Below are positions 26,521 to 40,654 of a stretch of DNA of 64,000 bases, one piece after another. The notes under the pieces were generated by a model that saw only the letters and a list, made by a program, of their open reading frames with translations, made no database searches and was not told where the DNA came from. The stretch covers positions 900,809 through 964,808 of the forward strand of contig OZ199838.1 of assembly GCA_964304625.1 (NCBI GenBank), given 5' to 3'. The position numbers and the translations under genes were made by a program. Each line of letters begins with the position of its first letter. The stretch's first letter is position 1. The stretch is from Kudoa neothunni (taxonomy: Eukaryota > Animalia > Cnidaria).

Positions 26521-29500
26521 GACTGCCAGCGGTGTTTAAAAAACCCTAGGTCGAGAAAAACACTATTTTAAAGTACGAACAAATAGAGTCTTATCTATTA
26601 AAAATTTTAACATTCTTCCAATTCAATAATTACGTCTTTAGGCATTAAATTTAAAGCTATAGTCGTATGATTGCGATGTTTTGACACGAATACCCACCCA
26701 CTCAATCGTACTTAAAATCTCGTGTAGATCAATATACTCAAAAATAATTACTTTATAATTCAAGATATATTTTGGAATAATGTTTAAAGTTTCTAATAAT
26801 GTAAGATGCTGTTTACGTTGTGATTATGTAATCGTGTCATGTTAAACAATCTAATGTGTTATCGTTCAATATCGCAAATGTTAAAACCATGCATGATAGT
26901 GCTTCCCTACAGAGGGATCCCGTACCAATAAATGTGTGAACTGTTAGCTTAGGATTGTGAGATTCGAAAACAATAGAAAATATTTTTTGAATTATTTTCA
27001 TCGGCTATACGATAAAAGGCTGCAATATCGAAAAAGTTATCCTCCATAAGTTCATTATCGTCGAATTTTAATGGAACGAAGAAGTAAAGATGTTAACTTT
27101 TAAAGTTAATCGATCAATTAAATTAGATAGAATCGAATACATTTTAATTCTAACGGGAAAAGAAATATATAACTGATCGATCTCTTCCATATTTTAATGT
27201 AACATGAAACTTGATTCAAAATTCAAAATAGTTTAAATTAAAAAATTAATATATTTGAGAAAGATGGAGCACAGAACTTATTTTCAAGAAAAAGTAGGCG
27301 CGTTAGAAAAAGGTTGGGAAACACTGCGTTATAGTGTTATTCAATGTGAAATAACCACAGATTTTAATGTTTGGACTTTATAAATCAAACAAATAAGATA
27401 TATGTAAGAAAATAAGAATACTTTCATCAAACATAGTACAAATACACAGTTATATAAGAATAAACAATAATGCGCAGTAGGCTATTAGCATCGCCGACGA
27501 CAACCCCCTCTTAAAAAATGTGATTATTTAATTTAGCTTTTTTGACAAGTTTTCTATTCACTTAATATTTAAAAAATATATTAAGTCGAATTAAAGTAAA
27601 ATGAAACATGTAGAGCATACGCAACATGGTTAATTTCTGGATCCATCTGCTACTAGATTGCCGCTTAAAGCAGTAGGGGGATTAAGGCAGGGGTTATAGA
27701 ATGATCGCACCTACGAAGAAAAGAAAAATTACACAATTGAATAATAAATTCATGAATTACAATAAATTTTATTCGCGCATTATTAATTATTCTTTCGTAA
27801 ATTTCTGTATTTATCATAAATAATCCGGATACTCGCAGTTAACTCAATGATTATACGATCCTTATTTGTGACATACGAATTCAATGTTATCTATAAGATA
27901 TCCATTAGTTATTTTTACTCATTTTCGACTCGATAATTTTATCATTCAATATTTAATATTAGTAAAGTAACTGTTACACAATAATGAAAAATACACGGTT
28001 ATATGTTATGCTGCATGGGCCAAAAATTAGGCGAATAAATTTTCATACGAAAATTAGAATTTTTAAAATAAAAAAAGTTTTTATTCCAAATATACAAATA
28101 GAAATACATAATATTGCGTTTTAATAGCAGCTGCCATTTTTCAACCCAATGGGCACAAACTTTTGGAGCCTGGGACTAAATTTTAATCTTCGGAAAATTC
28201 CATGGCCAGAAAGTTTAAAACTAAAGTTATAGATCACATGTTGGATAAATTTATGTATTTTGAGTCACAATATTCAAAATAATTCATTAATAAATTGAGT
28301 TACTAGTTGTGCGTAATCAAAAGAGAAATCAAAATTATTACGCACGATACGTAAATTTGTCCATGCAAAATTAAAAAAAAATAAAAAATTAGATTATATT
28401 TTGACCAATTAGCATCCTTATTTAATTCAATATTAGATTTACTTTATAGATTATAATGTAACATTATTTAAAATTTGGAGAACACTTAAAAATATCTTAT
28501 GCAAAATGTTAAGTGTTTTTATTAAATTATAATTCGTCTAGTAGATACAGGAGTTGGTTGTGAGGCATCGTAAGGAATTCAATAGCTTTAATAATAATAA
28601 TAAAATAATGAGAATCATGTATCTATTTTGCTCTCATCAGTTTGATCCACCCTTCCACTTGAAGATCAAAATCCAAATTTTCTCCTTTTGAGAGTTTTTA
28701 TTATTTGAATCGAGGAATCGTTATAAATTTAAAATATCCAATTCAAATAGGTAATAGTATTCATGGGTGACCTTATTTTTATATCAATGATCATCATTGT
28801 TTCAGATTTAGCGTTTGATTTAACAGTTTCTTTTTGAATAATATTTTATAATTTCAATGTTTGGAACTAAGTTGAAACTTCATTACCTTCTGTTGACTAA
28901 TAAGCCTTAATATTCGTAGTTATGAAAAAGGAATTATTACTCACGAGTTAAAAGTTTCGTTGTTTCGAAGAAAATTCATGACACACGAGCTATGATAGCG
29001 CACGACATATAAAACATATAAAATCTATTGATATTTTCATTTTTCCATAATCAAATTGAGGCACTATCTTACTTTTTTTACAAAGCTTACAGAGTATAAA
29101 TTAAATTATCTATACAATCATTATTTCACTTTTTATTGCGATATTACCTAGGACTCATAATTGCACACAACCCAAAAGTCACTGCAACAAATATAATAAT
29201 GTTTTATATTGAATAACGAATGACAGAGCAAACAAATAAGGATATCCTATTTGATGGAACAATATTTTTCTGTCTAGGTGTCATTAAAGTTTTTATTCTT
29301 ATTAAATTTTTTTTCGAATTTCAATTATTTTAGCCCAGAAACAAAATATGAATAAGCTGAATTAAATATGAGGTATACCCTGGGTGAGCAAAATGGTTTT
29401 ATACACATATATGAATATGTGAAGTGTAGTCGAAATCACCCATTAATATGTGCTCATTATCAGTTCTAACGGATGTTTAACCTTTCTGTAAAATTTTATT

Positions 29501-32206
29501 TTACGTTCTATTTATTTTTCTTACATAAACTTTTCGAAAACTTTGATTCTTTAGCAAAATAGAAATACCCTATTATGTTAGATCGTTTATAATACGTGCT
29601 TTAATTATTAACCTTATTTTAATATAGTCTAAACTCAGGGTCAATATTGTCAAGTGAATTTTTAAATCATAAATCTGCCCAGTACATGTATGATTATCAT
29701 TTCCATATACACTCAAGAAGAAATACAAAAAATTGGAACATGAAGATGGCTTTAAAAAATGTTTCTTTCCATATCACATAATAAAGTGACAAATTGCAAT
29801 CAACCTTTTTGCCTATTTAGAGAGTTTTTTTGATGTTTCGTTAAATGGTTCGCTTAAAATAAGGAAAATTCAAATAAATTTTATTAGTCAATACATTTAA
29901 TAACTAGCTAAACCAATTGAAATTAAATAGATGAACGCTTTATTCATTTCATTTAAAAGTATACCATCAATCTGAATTTTTTTAGGGTTTATCGTGGGTC
30001 ACAAAAATACTCATTGAGAGCGGAATTAAGCCCATTGGTCGGGGTTTGTACATCCCTGTTCTAACTTAATGTTTGTTAAAGGGTTAAATCAAAAATTTTT
30101 AAAATTTTCGGTTTTTTCATTATCAGAAAAGAGTGAGTATAGAGACTTATTTATATAACTCAGTCAGTGTCCTCTTGTACATAATCCTCCTTGGACTAAG
30201 AAAACAATGTGTAAAATTGGTCATTTCTAGTTTCTCGCAGTTTAAAGATAAGTGTTCAATTATTTCTTAAATAAAATAATTAAATTGCGAAAATTTTGGT
30301 AAAAAGGTAAATCCTTCATAAAGAAGACACAGTCGTTAACCGGGTTAATGTAATCTCTTCGGGATCGCAGAAAAATGTGTGAAATGGTAACGTCCGGTTT
30401 TACGCCTTTATTACCACGCACATATAGTAATATACGTAGTTATTTACTATAATTGGATTGCATACATTTATGAAATAAATAATTTTTTCACTTAGAAATA
30501 AAGTAATTAATTGTTTTTGTCACCAAATATCGTCAAATATTTGAAATATAACTTTCACCATTGCGATCATGATCGATCAATCTTTTGTTCTAGTTGAATA
30601 ATGTTTTAAACACTAAAAAAATTCGAAAACGAACACAATAATCGATTTTTGTTCAATTAATTAAAAAATTTTATTTATTTTTGTTAAGGGGCCATAGGGG
30701 TTTGTTATGATGGATGTCTGGTGTTTTATAGTAACAAATTTGACTGTTTTGGGAAACTATTGTGGATATATTTTATTATTTTATGTTTTGATTTAATTTT
30801 TTTTACAATATTGTTTAATTATTTCGAACATTAAACTAAATTCATCAATTTTTTTAAAGTGAGTAAAACCACTCAGTCAAGGAATTAACAATCTGGAAAT
30901 TTCGCAACATTATTAAATTATTTAGATCCAAATTTCTTAATAAAATAATAAATTATATATTGATTGTATACTTGATTATTAAAATTATAATTGCGGAATA
31001 ATGGTCGTAATCATAATCAGCGAAAACGGACAAAATGAACCTGTTGAATATTTTATTATTAAGTATTTTTCAATTTCGCATCTCTAATAGGATAACTTTG
31101 ACATCATGTATTCTTCATCACAATAATAGTTGGTTTAATCTATTATATGTTGAACTCCTAGTTTTTCGAGATTATTTCAACGGGATGTAACGTCATTTAA
31201 GCACGTACGGGGAAATCATGCTTTATATATTCTAAAATTGGATTCGAAAAACTCTGATTTCGTTGGAATATCATAATATAAACATAACGATTGTCTACTG
31301 TATCAATCCCTTCTCTATAAGAATAATAATTTCATATTTAATATAAACGATAGCTAACTAACTGTAGCATGTATATAACTTTAATATAAAAATAATTTAT
31401 AGAATGAAATTCAGATGTTACTGTGATTAATAGGTCTATCAATATCGCATTAATTAGACTTGAAAAATTCATAAGTAATATCCAAACTAATTATAATTTT
31501 TATTCTGTAAATATGGCCACTATTCTACATTTTAACCCTCATAATGGTCATATCATAATTTCCATTAAGGATCGAAATAAAAAATTCGTCTGTACTATTT
31601 CTACACGTTGTTGTGAAATGTGCGTTTTATACCGACTAGTAACAATACTTTTCAATCACGCAATGTTATTATTCTATTTATGTTTAATTTTTTCGCCACA
31701 CAAAAAAACATACCTGTACATCAAATGAATTCACATTTTTGGGGTATTTTAAAGTTTACATTTTTTTAATCAATTAATTATCGCATTGGTATAATATTTT
31801 ACGAGTAATTTATAATTCGATGTTTACAAAAGTGAGAATTGCAATTAAATATAAAGATACCAGAAATGTAATCGAATAAAAATACGTTGGTTTAGTTTTT
31901 TGTTTATTATATATTATATTAGTAATTAAGCATTAAATTATTATACATTGCAATTAATAAAATTAATAATTTCATTATAAATGTATTCGATAAAGAAATT
32001 ACAACAAAATTGTTTGTAAAAATAACTCTATCAATTCTGTAAAAACATATATGTGAATTTATAGTATTCTAATGTTTGGTCAAAACCTGTAACGACTTCT
32101 TTACGCATACATACTAAAAAAACACTCAAAGTAAACAGATTTATCCTAATCCAAATAAATTAGTACTGACAATTTTTACTGATTAAGATTTATTCTATTG
32201 ATTCGA

Positions 32207-35200
32207 ATGAAAATGGCGTTGTTAGCGACTGCAATAGTAATTATTATATACAACTTCTCGTTTCATACCTATTGCCAACCGGAAACTATTGTGATTTGTT
32301 TATATTGTTAAAAAATCTATGTTTTTTATAGTTCACGTTGTATATTTATGATACTGGAGATGTTTTATGGGGGTGGGGTTTCGAGTGTGATCTAACAGAA
32401 AATGGAGAGCTTTTAGCCCTAGTGCCGAAAAATATAAATAAAGATACTCTAAGATATGGTTGTATTGAAGGTAATTTTTTATTTTTAGACGTTTTAATAA
32501 ATAAATAAATTTCTAGTTTTTGAAAACTTGAAATCATTTGTTGATGCAATAAAGTATTGTGTTACACAATATATCCATGTTGCCGCGTTGAATATTGAAA
32601 AAATTATAACAATGTCGCTGAAGATAGTTGGAACCTACTCATTTAATGCTATAAAGTAATTTAAGATAATTTTCATTCAATGTAATATAATTTAATAATA
32701 TTCGAGTTTATTGCTAAAGTACCAGGTAATAATCACTAGAATATAGAACCTATATGAAATCTGAGGTTTAAAATCGTTACAAAAACTTAACAACAAAATG
32801 TAATATTAATTATCAACTTTATTTTCATGATAATATTAAATTTAAAAAATTATTAATAACTGTTTTAATCACAACGATTTATGAAATATTTTTATCTTAA
32901 TTCTAATTATATTTATAGAAAGAAACGTTCAGATCTGTACCCAATTATTGAAAAAGAGTTAAATAGCTTTTTGGAACTATTTCAATATCCTAAAATTCAG
33001 AAAAATAAACTTATATTGTATAATGCAGTGGAAATGGAACTTCCAATGCGACGAACATTCCAAACAAAGAGGTTTTTTATGGTATTATTTAAATTTATAT
33101 TGAAATAAATTAAATATATTTAACCATAAATTATTATTGTAGAAAAAAGAATTGGATGGATTTATTTATGTTCATTACACAACTTTTTTCATGTCATATT
33201 ATACAGAAGATGAGTGTACTAGTACATCCGAGAATATAGAAATCAAATCGGTACCAGGTGAAAGATACAATGTGTTCGTTTTAAGTGCTAATTGCATGGG
33301 ACCAATTTTAGCTGAACTACTCATCATGATCAAGCTTATAAATGTATATTACCGATTTACAAAAATAATAATTGTATACGGACGGTAATCGATTTTGCAC
33401 ATTTTCTTAATGGCCCAGAAGAGATTGTGCAAAACTGATTGCCTACTGTAATTATTAGACAGTTTTTCGGTTATTAATTTTTTTTTAAATCATGAAACCA
33501 ACAAATATATTAATATAATAATTTTTATGATCATTTATATTGTAAATAAATTTATTATCATAGATTATTGAACGAAAAAAAAAGATTTGAAATACACTTT
33601 TATCGCATGTGCATTTTATATTGAAATACATTACTGTAGTATCTTGTCATAGTAGACTAATTAGGTAACCTTGTAATTGCTAAGCCTTAACAATTCTCAA
33701 TTTAATATCAAACCGAGCGGTGTTATTATTAGGCTAATTATATGGAAACAAACCCCATGTTTCATAAAAAATATTGAGAATAAGTTGAATATGACATAAT
33801 TATCGATTTACGTAGGTAACAGATATTAACTAAAGTAATTATTAGCATATATTATTATTTGTTGTTTGTACATTTTTCCTTCTTATTCCTTTTTTGTGTG
33901 TTTTTTCAGGTTTTTTTGAAGACTAATCGGAGTTATTCTACTACCGTGTGGCCTAACTATCCATTTTATCTTTGATGTAATTATTAGATCTAATTGTGAT
34001 TGTTATTTACTTTAAAAAAAACTTATTTTTTGAATTACGTGACAACAGTTTCTCCGAGGTGTCATTTAATACGAATTTTTTTGAATTGCTATGACTTACC
34101 ACTTCTTTATAAATATGTTAATCAATGAAATCTAGGAAAGAATTTACTATTATTTTTCTCTCGTGGTCCTCCGGATTCATCTAGAAACGCAACGGTAAAT
34201 GTGAATAATTTTTGTCAAATATTTACTCGATATTTTATTTTCAGAATTAATGCAGGTGGATGAGTCAAATAAATTTTCTTTATTGTAATTACACCTCAAC
34301 ATTAATATTAGTAAATATATATATATATATTATAGGGCCAGAAAATTAATTATTTAATTTTATAAAATCAGCAAGTTTTGTTTTGTAAGGATTCTTAATA
34401 ATGTCATCTAAATTTCTAAAAGCATCTACACACATATCATGTAAATCCTCGCAGAACTCAGCTAATGTTTCCGCTAATTTATTGGAGAAAGTTGAGGAAT
34501 AACATTTAACTTTTGAGTGAGTTTTAATCGAATCTCTAGGTTTGACCCTTACGATATCATTTTCAGAAGTATGAATGTTATCTTCAATGACGAATGTATT
34601 ATTGAAATTAGAAGTATGCTGTCGTGACCATCGATGGTCGTTAAAATTTTCAACGAATAAATCAACAAAATTTGATGTTCTCTCATTAAGAATATGCGCA
34701 CCTGGCAGATTTAATGAGAGGCGTTGTTGGTAGTTATATGAGCGCTCACATCTGACTCAAATGAATTATCCATGTCTATAATATTAAGTGATTCATTTAA
34801 AATGATTTTAGAGGAAAATAGCGTTAAATATATTAGTGAATATTATAATTTTTTTTTGTCAAAATTTTTCAATAAATCAGTGACGATTTTGTTTTTTCGG
34901 GCGATTCTCATTGGTTTTAAGGAAATAAAAACTTACGAAAAATTCTTCAATAATTCTAAACCTCATGATAACCCTTTTTAATTGCCCTTTTAGAGCCTTT
35001 AATCGGTTATTATTTGTATTATAATAAAAATTTTTTACGCAACTCTAACCTACAAACCAATCATTAATAACAGGTTCCCAGTTCTCTTCAAAATATTTAT
35101 TTAGATCAATAATACCAAGTTTAAATAATTTTTTTTTCAAATCATCATCAATATGTATTCACACGTTGCATATGTCATTCTACTGATATTTTTCAATAAA

Positions 35201-38200
35201 AATAATTTTTTGCTCGAAGTAATTTTATATATATCGACATTTATTTCTCCTTCAAATGCTTGAAGAATTGAAGAACGTAGTTGGAATCAAAATATTATAA
35301 GCGAAGTTGATAGAAAATCTTCCTTTACAGATTTTATAAATTAATGTTCTTTATCACTGGCAATCGTTGAAAGTTTTTGTGCTAACCAATGGACTGTAAC
35401 GAATTATTCCTCCAATATCTATTTGATGAATTCCTCGGTTTTTTCATACAGAATACAAGCACTTTTATACGTATTAGTCCAAAAGGGGTCTTCTGACGCA
35501 GTTAAGTATAGTAGAACGCTAAAAAGAATGGAAATACGTAATTATTTATTATCTTGAATCCATAATTTTATAAGTTCCTGAAAATACTCTATAACCATTT
35601 TCATGTCATTGTCCAGGAAGAATATTCAGCGAACTATGTTATAACTTGATAATATTTTGACGTTTCAATGGTAACCTTCTTTCAGCAACTTTACGACTGA
35701 GCCCATGTTTTTTTATTTTTTCTGGCGAAATCTTCTTAACATTGAACAAGGATTTTAGCGACACATCGATTCCTGTTTTCTGATTTAATTTATTCTGAAT
35801 GAACTTTGTATTCGCACGATAAATATCAACTCTAATATAGATGGATACGTGAAATTTATTTTTCTTTTGCTGGAGAGATTTTCATAAAGTTTACTTTCGC
35901 AAGGATGATTATGTTCAATATTTAGGAGCTTATTTATAGAAATTGACTATCGATACTAACACGAAGACTAATGTTAAACGGGTAATTTTTTTTAACGAGA
36001 TTTAATTTCTCTCTCCCAAACTTTTAGTTATATAATTTAAACCAAAGTAACATACATATATATATATATATATCTTATTTCATAATATACAAGAGATTTC
36101 AATATATATATAAGAGATTAGGATTGAAATTTTTGTTAAATGATCTTTTAGCATTTTCGATTCTTCGGGAATGTCGAAATTTTAAGTTTCAGGAAGTATC
36201 CTTTTCAAATTCCAAAATTTTGCTTATTAATTCCTCGTAAGATTTCAAACTCATCCCAAAAGTAAATTCAGATATATATCATCCCTCATTGTTTTCAAAT
36301 TGCACGCTGATTTAAGATTGTCATGTTACGTATTATTCCGTAGTTGCGGTGACAGAAATTTAACATAGTCCCGTTTGTGTAGCTATTTTGAAATAAATTT
36401 TAAATCTTTTATTAACATTTTTTGAACGAAGTAAAGAAATTGATAAAAACAAATATACCATTTTAAATTTAAATTTCTTCCCAATAATTAATATTAATGA
36501 GTGAATACAACTATATATTATTTAAATATACATTAACATCTTATTAATAATGTTGATCGAAATGTCTTATATGATCTTAGATCTAATTCTCATTAATTCA
36601 CTTGGATTTTCACACAGAAAATACGAGGGAACCGAAAAATCCACGTTTATGATGTGAGATTCCAACACGCAATAGTACAGGTTTTCATTGAGGAATAACT
36701 ATACGTTCTAAACAATTTAAAATATTACATTAATCAAACATCATATAAGTCCTTATTAATGTGTTTGGACATGATAGTAAGAACAGAAAATGTAATATTA
36801 ATACATAAATTTTGATAAAAAGCTTTTTGCATAAAAATGAGATATTATTTAGATACAAAATATGTTGATACCTCTGTGAATTCAAAATAAGAATATTGCA
36901 AAAAATTAAGAAGATATTCGTTACCGTGTAAATATACAGTGGCTAAAATTTAACAACTTATATAAGGTTTATTGTTGTAATTTATTAAATAAATCATTAT
37001 TCATAATTTCTATAATACAGATAATTCAATGGAAGAAGAGATTTACTAAAATTCAATCTGTTATATTTCTTTTGAAGGCTTTAAATATTTTAAGAAATGA
37101 AACACTTGAAAATAAGAAGTTGACACATAAATTGGTGCATAAGCTGAAAACTGTTGATCGACGTTAGCATACTGCTTGTATTAAGTCTATGTTTAACTTT
37201 CTAAGGTATCAAAAAAGAACTAACCCCAAAGATTTTGGTGTGAAATTCACCCCAGAGGTCTTCTAGGTCATTTTAAATAAGAAATCGTGATACATTTATA
37301 CATAAAGCATTATATGGCTCGACAAATTGTATTCAGAGAAAAAATGGCGTAACTCACGTTAGTGTTCCTCATAAAACCTTTACGGCATTAGCCACCAATT
37401 TTACGGTAACGCACAATGGTAATAACTGTAATTTTTTTAATATCTAACTTAGTTAATTTTTTTAAAATAACGAGTTAAGATTGAATTCAATTTGAACAAT
37501 AAACACATTTTTTGTATGAAAAATTAGGTAAAATTATGCTGGGGTGAATTTCACCCCAAAGTCCTTAGAGGGTTAAAATCAATCACAGATTCAATTTTTA
37601 ATTTATTTTAAGATTGAGAAAAATTTTCACATTCTTTTGATATAGTCGAATAAGATTTTTATATAATTACAACTTTTCCTGTAATCTGACGAGGATGGCT
37701 GATAATAAAATTTTTTAACATTCGGACATTTTGAATCCGTACAATTGACCATGAGTATACAATACATTATCAAGGGAGCGCAAAAAAAAAATTTGGAATG
37801 AAAAGCTTAATTTATAAATATTGAGTATTGTTACGGTATATAATATAACAATATTCAGGTGTCACTAATTTTGGTCATATTTAGTTATATATGCTCTCTA
37901 AGAGAGTAATGAGCGAGCCACAAATGATTACTTAATTTAGTAGAATATAAAAATAAAATTGGTAAACGCTTACTTGTAATTATGAGTTTTTAAAATTTAA
38001 ATGTACTATGTCAATGGCCTCCGCTTCAAAAAAACACGCGGAAAAACCATGAGTTAATCATATGTGTGAAATTTTAATTATTATGATATGTTTGATAGTT
38101 TTTTGATATTTTTAAACGATAAGACCTCACATTTAATTTGGAAATTCTCTTTGTAATCGTAGAATCCTCAAACTATATATTTTTGGATTTTTCAGTCAAT

Positions 38201-40051
38201 ATTTCGTAACACGGTAGTTTTTTATATTTACAAAATGGATTAAAACGTAAACTTTATAAATAATTTGTAACAATTATGAGACATTATTTTTTATGGTATT
38301 TTTCGAAAAATTTACTTAAAATGATGATTGAGTTGTATAATGTTTTAATTAATATACATATTATTAATATGCTAACAATAATTGTGTATTTAAAGAAAAT
38401 AATTTCATACAACTGTGTAACATTAGTAAATATTCATAATATTTGACGAAACAAAAAATCGATCAAGAAATTAAAAGAAATACGAAAATTTTGAATGTTT
38501 CTTTTGCAAACACAAATAATATTCTTTATTTAACACAAAAAAATTTTTTTTATATTACATTGCAATTTTATAGATACTTTTTAATTATAATATGTGCATG
38601 TTTAATAAGCGTTATCGATTGAGTATTTATTTATTCTACATATAACATTTTTACACGGAATAAAATTTAAATAATTTTATTCAAGGAGTTGCCCACCGAA
38701 ATAACAGGAAGTATTGAGCTGGAAAATGTCTGTTCAAAATCCGACTACTTATATTCATTCAACAAAGGAATGCTATTCACTTGTGGCATCGATATCAATG
38801 AAAAATTTATGAAAAAAATATTTAAGGTCATCGGAAAATTCAATTTCTATAAATGCATTTCTATCCTTAAAGAACTTCTTTTTAATGTGCCGGAACCAAA
38901 TGATGTTGCATCATTTGATCCGTCATTTTTAAGATGGTGGTCAGAACTGATCGTATTTCCAAAATCTAAATCAGATAAAATCTATGTATTTTAATTATAA
39001 TATAATGATAACTATATTTAAATAGGTATATGGTTCGTTTGTCTATTATATACACAGAATTAGAATTTCTGCTCTACCTGCCTACGAAGATTTGGTCACA
39101 TCAAATTGCAATCGTTATTACCCCACTAATCATGTAATTTACAATGTTAATATATTTTTAAATATAACTAAGCCAACTCTTACTTACAACGAATGTTTCC
39201 AAAATATATTCTTGCTCTGTGTGTATAGAAAAATATTTGAAAACATAATAGTAACCTTATTACCGAAAGTAATTTCTACTTTGCACAAAATAATTTACTT
39301 TTCGACAAGAGAGAAAGTTTTCCGTGGCTATTAGGTATCGTTGAAATTGAAAACGATAAAGGTATCGCCATCCGATATATTTTCTTCACTCCATTTTAGT
39401 AAAACGTGCCACCTCTGTTACCATTATCGCGCCAACCGAGACAACTACAACATCAACTGAACCTACAACCACAATTACAACCGAGACGACCACTACTACA
39501 CTTTTCAAAATTACTACTACTACTAGTATTACTAGTACTACTACTACTACTACTACTAGTACTACTACTACTACTACTAGTACTACTACTAGTACTACTA
39601 CTACTACTACTACTACTAGTACTACTACTACTACTACTAGTACTACTACTAGTACTACTACTACTACTACTAGTACTACTACTAGTACTACTACTACTAC
39701 TAGTACTTCAGTTCCATCAACAACTAAAGTCGAAAAAACTACATCTCCAATTAGTTTTAATAGTAGTACTGCGACTGTAAAATTCATAGAGATATTTCCA
39801 AGATCATTAATGCTTGATGCAACCCATTCCCCGACCGATCCATCCAATACAAACTCGTTAATATTTAAAGGTAAAATTTCAAGTATATAATGTTAATGAA
39901 ATTTTAATTAGTGATGATGTTCATTATTATAATTGTTACGTGTTTGTTGGTAGTCGCTTGGTTGATATTGGTTGTTAATAAACATTACAAACGTAATAAA
40001 AAGGAAAATTATCTATTACGCAAGAAACGTCTAAAAGTTACTAGATACTAG
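32207..40051 (+). CDS. Gene B: paralog of gene A, 11-exon CD39/NTPDase-like type I membrane protein with long poly-Thr/Ser mucin stalk (~630 aa)
   Basis: Exons: 32207-32290, 32332-32470, 32517-32655, 32919-33081, 33143-33343, 38686-38985, 39026-39133, 39173-39268, 39310-39361, 39400-39870, 39912-40051. Exons 2, 3, 5, 8 and 11 have the same length as in gene A (139, 139, 201, 96, 140 nt). Motifs: GERYNVFVLSANCMG, FKVIGKFNFYKC, ECFQN, PWLLG, TM VMMFIIIIVTCLLVVAWLILVV, tail RLKVTRY*. Confidence 0.85.
34400..36300 (-). mobile_element. Decayed MULE/Mutator transposase with SWIM-like finger, inside intron 5 of gene B
   Basis: Minus-strand fragments GTYKIMDSR, LYLTASEDPFG, ACILYEKTEEFIK, TIASDKE and a degenerate SWIM-like LPGAHIL. 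Homologous to the remnant at about 13.7 kb. Boundaries approximate. Confidence 0.6.
37193..37576. mobile_element. piggyBac-type MITE
   Basis: Termini ttaactttctaagg / ccttagagggttaa. Subterminal palindromes ggtgtgaaattcacccc and ggggtgaatttcacccc. Related fragments at about 8517 and 48575-48800. Confidence 0.75.
39513..39707 (+). repeat. (ACT)n/AGT coding trinucleotide repeat encoding the poly-Thr/Ser mucin stalk of gene B
   Basis: Imperfect ACT repeat punctuated by AGT, in frame within exon 10. It accounts for the spurious poly-Val and poly-Leu ORFs in other frames. Confidence 0.95.
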
Positions 40052-40654
40052 AACCATAATGATAAATTTCTTAAATAAATTTTTGACTCTTTATTTGATA
40101 AATTATTACATGATTAAATGGACATGTAATTTTTCGCTGCCGCAAGCATATGAGACAGGCGAAGGATTTTGGAGGAGATTATATTAATAACGAAAAATTC
40201 CTCTACATTATTTCAATTGACTTTTAGATAATTTTTTTTTCATAATTCATTCAATTCTAACTATTCATCAACTTTATCCGAATGCAGGGGTGACCACTCG
40301 TGTGCATCTGTCATGATGTGATGACACAATTCTGATGCTAATTAAAGTAATTAAAATAAAAGAATAAAAATTATAAGAAATTATTAAAACTCTTTTTTTT
40401 TAATTCACAGAAAAAGAGAACTAGCTCAAATTTACCACTCGTAGGCACTAAGCTTAAGAATAAAGTTGCCCAAATGATGGGTGGTGGGAACTAGAAGAGT
40501 AACAAGTAGCTTCGTCCGTTCAAGATAAAGTGTAGATAATGGCATATAATGAAAGTGCATTGAATGTGGATATAGATAACTTCAATTCTCAATTATTTTA
40601 ATTTAAAATCTTTACTCTCTTTAAATAAGATTTTGATTAATGAAGAATCCATTA

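Noticed and set aside
39386-39847. Poly-Val (minus strand) and poly-Leu (39406-39780) ORFs
   Set aside because: Shadow frames of the ACT repeat. The Thr frame is the one that splices into gene B and matches gene A exon 10.
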